From Bacteriovoracaceae bacterium (GTDB taxonomy: Bacteria; Bdellovibrionota; Bacteriovoracia; Bacteriovoracales; Bacteriovoracaceae), in contig JBLWTJ010000002.1 of assembly GCA_048270185.1 (NCBI GenBank), positions 64,001-128,000 of the forward strand: a DNA stretch of 64,000 nucleotides, given 5' to 3'. A model generated the notes under the pieces. That model did no database searches. It was not told the DNA's origin and was given only the letters and a program-made list of their open reading frames with translations. The position numbers and the translations under genes are program-made. Positions 56,284 through 64,000 of this stretch are shown piece by piece (position 1 is the first letter of the stretch; the number at the start of each line of letters is the position of its first letter).

Positions 56284-57897
56284 ATGAAGAAAATATTGGG
56301 AATAATAACCTTAGCACTAACCTTCTCGTGCCAGAGTATTATTGATTTTGATAAAGACACAGAAGAAGTAAAAATTGAAGGCCCTAAGTTTTCAATACTA
56401 TTCTCCCACTCAATCTCTGGTGAAACACATCCATGTGGTTGTCGTCAATTTCCACTAGGTGGCCTACCTCAAGTGGCAGGCTTTATGAATGACTTTAAAA
56501 AAGATCATCAGTATCTCTATATTGATACTGGCGATATGCTCTTTCCATCTTCTGTTGTTCCACCTCATATTGCCAGGTCTCAAAAATTTGCGGCCATGTC
56601 CTTAGCAAAGGGACTCGATAAGCTTGGACTTAAGTACACTCTCCCAGGAGACCAAGATCTCGCTGCAGGAATTGAGTTTTATAAAGAAGTTCTCTCACAA
56701 GTTAAATTTAAGGCACTTGTTTCAAATGTTATTAATCCAAAAGAGGAAGCATTATTTCCTCATGAAGAATTTGCGACAATCAAATTTGGTAAGAAGACGA
56801 TTTACTTAACTGGTATCGTTGACCCTAATAGCCTCCACCCGAGACATCAGGAGCTATTCACACCACCAGTTGAAAGCTTCCCTACGACACTTAAGAAGTT
56901 AAAAGAAGCCGGCTATGACGAGAAGAATCCACTTAATGAATTAGTTGTTATGTCTCACTCTGGACTAGATTTTGATAAACTCTTTGCAGAGAAATTTCCT
57001 ATGATTACTTGGATTATAGGCTCACACTCACAAAGCTTTACCAATAACACTATTGATGTAGGTAAAACTCAAATTGTTCAAGTTCTCTCTAAGAACCACT
57101 ACCTTGGTGAAGTTGCCTTCTCTCCTGATACAAAGAAGCCTGAGAAAGAATTCTTTTATCATGAAATGCGTGAGCAATTAGGTGAAAAGATACCTAATAA
57201 CCCATTTACTGCTTATATTAATGATCACAAAACTGAACTTGATAAAATTCGCGATGATGAACAAAAGGTATTTTCTTTTGAAGAAACAGGGATCAAGCGT
57301 CTAGCTGATGCAAAGAGCTGTCTGGAGTGTCACACAGATCAGGCCAAGCACTGGCAACAAACACCACACTCAATTTCCTTTGCCACTCTCATCATTGCAA
57401 AAGAAGAAAATAAAACTTCATGTATGGAGTGTCACTCTCTTGGAATGAATCAAGAAGGTGGTTATATTAATCATAATGATCTGATGCACTTTAAAGATCT
57501 AAAGACAACTGACGCTAAATTCGAAGCTCACAAGGCCAAGTACTGGGCCGATGTTTCAAAGGCGTTTAAAGATGTGAAATCAATTCGTAAGCTTGCGCCA
57601 AAGAGGATAGAGGCCATTCGTGTAGCTTGGGATAAGACCAACGAAAAGCACGGTGTTGAGCACTCATTTGCCAATGTTCAGTGCTTAAATTGTCACACAA
57701 CAATGACAGATCACCCTTTTGCCATTGAAAGTGAAGATCATAAGAAATTAAATCAGAAGGCCCATATCAAGACAAAATGTCTTGGATGCCACACTTCAGA
57801 TCAATCCCCTGAATGGTACAATAAAGATGGTGATGGAATCTATACAGGTGTTAACGAAGATTACTTTGAAAAAATGTATAAGAAAATGGTGCACTAA
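56284..57897 (+). CDS. Lipoprotein: UshA/5'-nucleotidase-like domain plus tetraheme cytochrome c
   Basis: GETHPCGC..PLGGL, IDTGD, VVMSH, IIGSH; CLECH, CMECH, CLNCH, CLGCH. Confidence 0.88.
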   Translation: MKKILGIITLALTFSCQSIIDFDKDTEEVKIEGPKFSILFSHSISGETHPCGCRQFPLGGLPQVAGFMNDFKKDHQYLYIDTGDMLFPSSVVPPHIARSQKFAAMSLAKGLDKLGLKYTLPGDQDLAAGIEFYKEVLSQVKFKALVSNVINPKEEALFPHEEFATIKFGKKTIYLTGIVDPNSLHPRHQELFTPPVESFPTTLKKLKEAGYDEKNPLNELVVMSHSGLDFDKLFAEKFPMITWIIGSHSQSFTNNTIDVGKTQIVQVLSKNHYLGEVAFSPDTKKPEKEFFYHEMREQLGEKIPNNPFTAYINDHKTELDKIRDDEQKVFSFEETGIKRLADAKSCLECHTDQAKHWQQTPHSISFATLIIAKEENKTSCMECHSLGMNQEGGYINHNDLMHFKDLKTTDAKFEAHKAKYWADVSKAFKDVKSIRKLAPKRIEAIRVAWDKTNEKHGVEHSFANVQCLNCHTTMTDHPFAIESEDHKKLNQKAHIKTKCLGCHTSDQSPEWYNKDGDGIYTGVNEDYFEKMYKKMVH

Positions 57898-57909
57898 GAA
57901 ACTAGGTGT

Positions 57910-58359
57910 CTAGTTGTAGTCACCTTTTCTTAGTTTCTTCTCAACGTCTTTCTTCTGCTGGTCAGAGCGCTTATCGTGAAGCTTTTTCCCTTTTGCCAAG
58001 GCAATCTCAAGCTTTACACGAGATCCCTTAAAATAAATTATTGTTGGAACAATTGTTAAGCGCTCGGCCTTAGCACGGTGAGCGATCTCAGCAATTTCTT
58101 TCTCATTTAAAAGAAGCTTTCTCTTTCTCGCCTCTTCATGATTGAATTGATTTCCAAATTCGTACTCAGGAATTTTGATATTATTGGCCCAAACTTCGCC
58201 ATTCTTATCAATTGTAATATGGGCCTCAGCAATTGAAACCTTACCTGCACGCAAAGACTTCACTTCTGTCCCCACTAGCATCATGCCAGCTTCATAAAGT
58301 TCAAGTAATTGATAATCGAACTTTGCTCTCTTATTCTTAGCTATTATTTTCTTTCCCAT
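57910..58359 (-). CDS. smpB: SsrA-binding protein
   Basis: NKRAKFDY, EAG..L.GTEVKSLR, RKLLL, KGKKLHDKR. Confidence 0.98.
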   Translation of the reverse strand: MGKKIIAKNKRAKFDYQLLELYEAGMMLVGTEVKSLRAGKVSIAEAHITIDKNGEVWANNIKIPEYEFGNQFNHEEARKRKLLLNEKEIAEIAHRAKAERLTIVPTIIYFKGSRVKLEIALAKGKKLHDKRSDQQKKDVEKKLRKGDYN

Positions 58360-58361
58360 AA

Positions 58362-59168
58362 TTACTCATTTAGAAATTTATATAAGTTTTGTAGATCTTC
58401 TAATTTTAGCGCTTCTGCCCTAACTGTCAAAGGTTGATTGATGCTTTCAAGGCCTGCAGCAATTCTCTCGGCCGGTGCATAGCTCTTTAGAACCTTTCCA
58501 ATTTGCTTGCGTTTAAATTGGAAGACTGCTCTTAAGAATTTCTCAAATTTTGGAAAGTCTTCTAATGCAATGACAGGATTTTCAATTCTCTCAAAGCTGA
58601 TAACGGCAGAGTCAACTTTTGGAGGAGGAGTAAATGCTCCTGGAGGCGCCTTAACTAATAATGATGTCTTAAAGTATGTCTGAGATAAGGCCATGAGAGA
58701 TCCCATGAAATTTTTCTTTGTCGCAAAAGCAAAAACCTTATCGGCCACTTCTCTTTGAAACATCAAAGTCATATATTTGATCTTTGGAGTTTGTAAAAAC
58801 TTTAGAAGTAGTGGCGTTGAGATATTATATGGAAGATTTGAAACGAGCCAACACTCCTCTCCAATTCCCTTATCATTAATGAATTGATCAAAGTCTAATG
58901 CAAGTGCATCGGTGAAAAGAATATTTTCTTCTTTGACGATTGGACCTAGGTACTCAATCATACGCGTATCCATTTCAACAACATTTAAGTTGCTATCATG
59001 TGCAGCAAGATGCTTTGTCAAAACACCAGGCCCTGGACCGACTTCAATAATATGTTTGGCACGATCTGCAAAATCGTCCGTAATCTTAGTAATAATATTT
59101 TGATTATTTAAAAAGTGTTGCCCGAGTTCTTTATTGGCCCAAGGGAGTTTTGACTTTGATTCTTCCAT
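58362..59168 (-). CDS. rsmA: 16S rRNA dimethyladenosine transferase
   Basis: LGQHFL, EVGPGPG, SNLPYNIST, PPPKVDS. Confidence 0.97.
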   Translation of the reverse strand: MEESKSKLPWANKELGQHFLNNQNIITKITDDFADRAKHIIEVGPGPGVLTKHLAAHDSNLNVVEMDTRMIEYLGPIVKEENILFTDALALDFDQFINDKGIGEECWLVSNLPYNISTPLLLKFLQTPKIKYMTLMFQREVADKVFAFATKKNFMGSLMALSQTYFKTSLLVKAPPGAFTPPPKVDSAVISFERIENPVIALEDFPKFEKFLRAVFQFKRKQIGKVLKSYAPAERIAAGLESINQPLTVRAEALKLEDLQNLYKFLNE

Positions 59169-59170
59169 GA

Positions 59171-60244
59171 TTATGACTTCCTATGGTCCTTCTTATTAAT
59201 AAAACGAGAGCGAGCATCAATACTTAGAGTTTGTGGGTACTTGATACGATCATTAAAATTTCTGAAAGCATAATTAGCAATCATTGCCCCATTATCAGTA
59301 CAGTACTTCGGTTCGACAAAGAAGACATTCTTATATTTTTCTTTAAGTTGTGATCTTAAGTAACTATTGCATGCAACACCACCACCAACGACAATAGGAA
59401 GATTCTGGTGTCCCATTTCACGTGCTTTTTCGATGGCATAGCGAAGCTTAAGCTTAAGGGCCCCAACGATAGCGTGTTGATAAGAAGCACAAATATCTTT
59501 TGTATCTTGATTGATATCTTCAAGTGATTTAACTAAGTACTCTGGATTCTTATCGAGGAAAGTTCTAAGGGCCGTTTTTACTCCCGAAAAGCTTAGGTTA
59601 CAGTCCTTAGAAGATTTGAGCCCGATAGGAAATTCAAAACGCTTGATATCCCCTTCTTTTGCTAGATCATCAATAATTCTGCCAGCAGGATAACCAAGCC
59701 CCATAAGCTTTCCACCTTTATCATAGGCTTCACCGGCAGCATCATCAATTGTTGAACCAAGCACCTCTATTTCATCGCTTGCCGTGACAAGAGTATAGAG
59801 ACTGTGCCCACCACTTACAAGTAATCCAATATATGGGTAGCTTACTTCTTGGCTTAAGTGAATGGCCTCAAGGTGAGCAAAGAGATGATTAACAGCAAAG
59901 AGGTCAACCTTCTTTAAAAGAGAAATTGTTTTGGCCGCATTAAGGCCTGTTAAAAGTGGCCCTAGCAAGCCAGGGAAAGTCGTCACTCCGATAAGATCAA
60001 TTTGCGATAACTCCACATCTGCTTTCTTAAGAGTAGAGGCCAGCAGTGGTGCTAATTTATCTAAGTGATTTCGAGAAGCAATTTCAGGAACAACTCCACC
60101 CCATTGGGCCAGCATTTGCTCTTGCGTAAATAATTCAAAGGCCAAGATTTCAGGGCGCGCGTTACTATTCGGATCGCCTTTTAAAACAGCAACCGATGTA
60201 TCATCACAACTTGTTTCTATCCCTAAAATATATTTACTTGTCAC
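59171..60244 (-). CDS. tsaD: tRNA t6A synthesis protein
   Basis: LGIETSCDDT, GGVVPEIASRNH, LLVSGGH, DDAAGEAYDK, CTDNGAMI. Confidence 0.98.
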   Translation of the reverse strand: MTSKYILGIETSCDDTSVAVLKGDPNSNARPEILAFELFTQEQMLAQWGGVVPEIASRNHLDKLAPLLASTLKKADVELSQIDLIGVTTFPGLLGPLLTGLNAAKTISLLKKVDLFAVNHLFAHLEAIHLSQEVSYPYIGLLVSGGHSLYTLVTASDEIEVLGSTIDDAAGEAYDKGGKLMGLGYPAGRIIDDLAKEGDIKRFEFPIGLKSSKDCNLSFSGVKTALRTFLDKNPEYLVKSLEDINQDTKDICASYQHAIVGALKLKLRYAIEKAREMGHQNLPIVVGGGVACNSYLRSQLKEKYKNVFFVEPKYCTDNGAMIANYAFRNFNDRIKYPQTLSIDARSRFINKKDHRKS

Positions 60245-60292
60245 ACTGACTTCCGCTTTTAAATGATTGATTAAATAAGGGGCAACGTATCA

Positions 60293-61627
60293 CTATTTTA
60301 AGATATTTTCGACAATTTTGACGATTTTTTCAAAGTGATCATGTGAAAAACTATCCTGAATTTCAGCTAAAATAGCATTACTTTCCTCAAGATCGTAATT
60401 CTTTAGCTCAATTAGTCTCGAAAGTTCGTGAGCAACGATAAAGACGGCCGTTAGTGGCTTGATTTGCTTTGCATAGAGCCCGCGAGGAAAGCCTGATCCA
60501 TCAGGTCTTTCGTGGTGGTTAACTAGAATGGCGTGGATATTCTGGTCACTAATTCCCTCTTTCTCAAGAAGTTCAGCAACAAGTCGTCCATGTCCTAATA
60601 CTAAATTCTTATCATAGTCAGCAAGGTCAGCTTTTAGCACCCCTTCCTGATTCCAAATACGTGCTAAAGTTTCATTTTCAAGAAGTAGATCATGATAAAC
60701 AGCAGCGTGGATAATTGATTCAATATTATCTTTCTTTCCCCAGTCTAATTGCTTTAAGATCTCAACGGCCAAAAGGCTTGTGAGATAGCAATGATCATAG
60801 AGGTAATTAGTCATATTCTCTCTTTCTCTTAGAAGGTTTTTAAGTTTCACACTTCCTTGAGTAAGCTTCTTTAGATTTGAAACATAGCTGTCAACGACTG
60901 CTGAAGTACCTTCACTAATACCGTAGCGGCTAACAAGACGCTTAAGTGTCATGATTGATTTCTGGGCAACGTCTAAGTGTTCGGCCGGAGTCGAAGGCTC
61001 ATACTTCAGGAAAGAAACTTCACCTGCAGAGATAACATATTCTTCAATATCATCTTTATTAATATAGAGATAATTGATATCGCGATCGAGATAGCTTTCT
61101 ATTTGAGAGATGGTAAATGTATCTCCCCTATGAATAACTTTAACAAATTTTGAATCACTGAGTTTGACATAGGTATCACAAATCGCAAGGGTACCTCTTA
61201 AAAAGTACTCAGTATTTATTTTCTTATAAGCACTGCGAGACTGGACAAAAGTTGAAGTCCCACTAAGTTGAGTAATTACATTTTCAAAATTAACAAATGA
61301 GAATGGCTTTGGTAAGTGCTCACGCTTTAAGTGATAAGTTACATCGTCTTTAAAGTTAATAAATTCAGCTTCTGTAAAGGATGTGATAACAAGAGTTGGA
61401 ATATTTAAACCCCTACCATCCATAAAGTTAAAAATATCTTCTTTGCCATCACGAAAGTACTCTGTGATTATGATTTGATAATTACCAGAAGAGCTTAGCT
61501 TGGCCTTAAATTCTTTATAATTTGAAACGCGCGTAATCTTCACATCTTGAAATGTATTCTCGACACCTACGACATAGATATCACTTAATTCAAAATCTGG
61601 CTCGGCGATAAGGACCTGTAAACTCAT
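60293..61627 (-). CDS. Receiver-like domain plus HD-GYP domain protein
   Basis: AAVYHD, HHERPDGSGFPRGL; degenerate N-terminal REC. Confidence 0.88.
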   Translation of the reverse strand: MSLQVLIAEPDFELSDIYVVGVENTFQDVKITRVSNYKEFKAKLSSSGNYQIIITEYFRDGKEDIFNFMDGRGLNIPTLVITSFTEAEFINFKDDVTYHLKREHLPKPFSFVNFENVITQLSGTSTFVQSRSAYKKINTEYFLRGTLAICDTYVKLSDSKFVKVIHRGDTFTISQIESYLDRDINYLYINKDDIEEYVISAGEVSFLKYEPSTPAEHLDVAQKSIMTLKRLVSRYGISEGTSAVVDSYVSNLKKLTQGSVKLKNLLRERENMTNYLYDHCYLTSLLAVEILKQLDWGKKDNIESIIHAAVYHDLLLENETLARIWNQEGVLKADLADYDKNLVLGHGRLVAELLEKEGISDQNIHAILVNHHERPDGSGFPRGLYAKQIKPLTAVFIVAHELSRLIELKNYDLEESNAILAEIQDSFSHDHFEKIVKIVENILK

Positions 61628-61679
61628 AGGAGATATTTTAGCACTCTCCTAAGTTTTTCCCTAGATGGAAGTATCTTCT

Positions 61680-62618
61680 TTATCTAATCCAATAAATAAC
61701 CATTAGAATATAACCTGCTAAAAATACTGCTCCCGATAAGCGATAAAATGACCTTTTAGCGAAAGAAATCACTAATAAGAACACTGCAGCAAATGACAGA
61801 GCAGACAACTCAGGAACAAAATTCTCGACAATTGGAACTTTATAGAAAACTAAACTTCCCAGAACAAAGGCAACGTTGAAAATATTAGATCCAATAATAT
61901 TTCCCGTAATAATATCTGAGTTCTTTCCTTTACGAACAGTCATAATGGCCGTCACAAGCTCTGGAAATGAAGTACCAAAGGCCACGAAAATAGCAGAGAT
62001 AACATAACTTGAAATACCAAAATTAAGAGCAAGGGCCGTTCCACTGGTAACAAGTAACTCCCCTCCTCCATAGAGTAGAGCAAAGCCAGCAAAGAGATGA
62101 ATGATATCCTTTGTACCTATTTTTTCATCTGTATGATGAGGATGTTCTTGATCACCTAAGTGGGCCCTTTGCTTCTTCATATCTCTAAAGGTATCCCATA
62201 GATAGAAGGCCATATACCCTAGTAATAGAGCACTTCCCCACCATTGAATTTCGTCTTGTAATAACACTAGCCACATAATGGCAGTTAAGAAGAAATGCAG
62301 AATCAGTTGCTTTTTTATATCGTGACCAACAAGAAAGAGTCTTCCCATCAGTCCCGATACACCGAGAATAAGAAAGAGGTTGGCGATATTGGAGCCCACA
62401 ATATTTCCTAGAGCAATACCTGGCTCTCCACGGTAGCTTGCCAGTTGAGAAACAAAGAATTCAGGAAGTGATGTCCCAAAACCAACAATGAGCAGCCCAA
62501 TAACAAGAGGCGATAGTCCGAGAACCAGACCAATTTTTTCAGCAGACTCTAGCGCAAACTCTGCTCCGTAATAAAGCATAACAATGGCAAGAATTAATAA
62601 CACAACTTGTAATATCAT
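61680..62618 (-). CDS. Calcium/sodium antiporter (CaCA, YrbG-like)
   Basis: GTSLPE/GTSFPE and GNIVGSNIAN/GNIIGSNIFN repeats. Confidence 0.95.
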   Translation of the reverse strand: MILQVVLLILAIVMLYYGAEFALESAEKIGLVLGLSPLVIGLLIVGFGTSLPEFFVSQLASYRGEPGIALGNIVGSNIANLFLILGVSGLMGRLFLVGHDIKKQLILHFFLTAIMWLVLLQDEIQWWGSALLLGYMAFYLWDTFRDMKKQRAHLGDQEHPHHTDEKIGTKDIIHLFAGFALLYGGGELLVTSGTALALNFGISSYVISAIFVAFGTSFPELVTAIMTVRKGKNSDIITGNIIGSNIFNVAFVLGSLVFYKVPIVENFVPELSALSFAAVFLLVISFAKRSFYRLSGAVFLAGYILMVIYWIR

Positions 62619-62641
62619 AAAATTTTTCCAATAATTAATAT

Positions 62642-63133
62642 ATGTTTAATTCAAAAGATATTTATCCCAAGTTTAGCAAAAAGAAATTCAAAATTCTAAA
62701 CATTTCGTCGTGTCTCTTTGCTGATTCGTTAATCTCTTACTATATCTACATGATGTATGCCAGGCCTGAAGAATATAAGAAATTCTTTAAGGAAGTTTTA
62801 CCTATTTTGAAACAATTAGACCCTAATAGTGCACAAATTGCGGCGGATCCTATGTTTCGAGAGCAGCTTACATCAGTAATGGTTCAAACCGCCATTTCTC
62901 TAATCTGCTTCTATCTCATTGTGCACCTACTCATTTATGTAGCTCGAGTTTATGAAAAGGCCTTTGCTAATAGTTACATTAAATTCTATGCATGGTCGGC
63001 GGGAATTCTTATGACATTAACTGCACTGCTTAATTTAGGAAATGCCAGAATTGGAATCTTTATCATTCCAGGACTTCTTTTCTTATTTAATGCGTTTGGA
63101 TTTAAATACGTTAATCAAATGCAGGAAGAATAA
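62642..63133 (+). CDS. Hypothetical membrane protein
   Basis: Four hydrophobic segments. Confidence 0.7.
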   Translation: MFNSKDIYPKFSKKKFKILNISSCLFADSLISYYIYMMYARPEEYKKFFKEVLPILKQLDPNSAQIAADPMFREQLTSVMVQTAISLICFYLIVHLLIYVARVYEKAFANSYIKFYAWSAGILMTLTALLNLGNARIGIFIIPGLLFLFNAFGFKYVNQMQEE

Positions 63134-64000
63134 AATTAGTTAAATGGGGCTGCGTCCAATCAGGCATACTACGAGCTTTACCTTTGGCCTTTTGAAGTCC
63201 AGACACAGCAAGTAAGAATGAGTCGAAGGCCCTAACATTTTTTACAATCACTTCGAGATCGTGATCGTAAATAAAGATACCTAATTTATTTTCAATCTTC
63301 TTTACGATATCAAGTCTTGCTTCAATTCCTAAATCGAGATCACTAAGATTTGAAACATTCTTCTTTAGTAGAATTTTACTCTTTAATAACTCAATAAGAA
63401 TGAGGTTTACATGACCTTCATAGAAATTACATTCATTTGGAAAGTGTCTCTTCATATATGAAAAGCGTGAAAGCATCATAAGAGATGTATTTCCAAAGGA
63501 ATCGAAAGTTGAATTAAATATTTCGAGAAGTAGGTCGTGGTATGTACACCAAATCCAGAAATCAAGAGAACGATTCCAATATGGAATGAAACCCTTTTTC
63601 AGTCTTCTCTTAAAAGAGCGAGATAACATAAAATCCTGAGACTCTTTCTTAAAAGTATCACGATCAAAATGTGTCATTTCTTCAAAATTTCTCTTTCTTT
63701 CGTACTCTTTTGGATTCTCTCTTTCCATCTTACGATCGATCTCTAAGATGGAAGCGATATCTTCACGAACCTTAACCACGTCCCCTACAGGACACTTGGC
63801 CACACCGGGACACTTTAACTCACAATTATGGCAAGCAGGGCGCGAGAGGGGAAAATCCACAATAACATGTTCTAAATTATACTTATCAATCCATTGGTTG
63901 AGAGCATCGTCTCCATCTTGAATCTCCTCTTCATCTTTAACGTGAAGAATTGATTTAAGAAACCAGCGGCCACTTTCTTGGTGATGATCAAGTAGACAAA
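63111..64000 (-). CDS. 5'-truncated hypothetical protein, DUF429/RNase H-like candidate
   Basis: Frame is open to the window edge; VIVDFPLS..C..C..CPG...C and AFDSFLLA. Confidence 0.65.
   Translation of the reverse strand, partial: CLLDHHQESGRWFLKSILHVKDEEEIQDGDDALNQWIDKYNLEHVIVDFPLSRPACHNCELKCPGVAKCPVGDVVKVREDIASILEIDRKMERENPKEYERKRNFEEMTHFDRDTFKKESQDFMLSRSFKRRLKKGFIPYWNRSLDFWIWCTYHDLLLEIFNSTFDSFGNTSLMMLSRFSYMKRHFPNECNFYEGHVNLILIELLKSKILLKKNVSNLSDLDLGIEARLDIVKKIENKLGIFIYDHDLEVIVKNVRAFDSFLLAVSGLQKAKGKARSMPDWTQPHLTNFILPAFD

Noticed and set aside
7065..59693. Many short antisense or alternate-frame ORFs inside long genes (e.g. 7065-7565, 23956-24447, 51116-51538)
   Set aside because: Shadow ORFs of well-supported CDSs with no independent signals.

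Overview
AT-rich bacterial DNA, most likely from a Halobacteriovorax/Bacteriovoracaceae-type predator (inferred from gene content and promoter style, not proven). The right third (~45.3-64 kb) looks like core chromosome: tmRNA (ssrA), pcp, a giant secreted coiled-coil protein, pal-cpoB, smpB-rsmA-tsaD, an HD-GYP protein and a CaCA antiporter. The left ~45 kb lies downstream of the tmRNA 3' end and looks like a mosaic accessory island. It holds a metal-handling block with a CsoR-type operator; a nuclease-rich defence-like block (WYL, PcfJ, GIY-YIG, HEPN-like, NERD-helicase, UDG-like, DUF2779, PD-(D/E)XK, SBD-HNH, CoiA); an NO-detoxification/efflux block (qNor, NnrS, Ric, NsrR, RND-TolC fusion); a Septu-like ATPase+HNH pair; and a type I R-M system. 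The strongest unannotated signals are four. (1) Two tandem type I toxin-antitoxin-like units upstream of ssrA, each with a 24-aa hydrophobic peptide and a divergent sRNA showing bipartite, co-varying complementarity. (2) A GTCTCA-N6-..GAY-N10-TATnnT promoter motif shared by three island promoters next to a WYL regulator. (3) A ~290-nt highly structured minus-strand element behind the Septu-like genes that contains a copy of the tmRNA 3' end. (4) Sigma28-like promoters and ssrA-like -AA C-termini on several island genes. All family calls come from motif recognition by eye; no database search was run.
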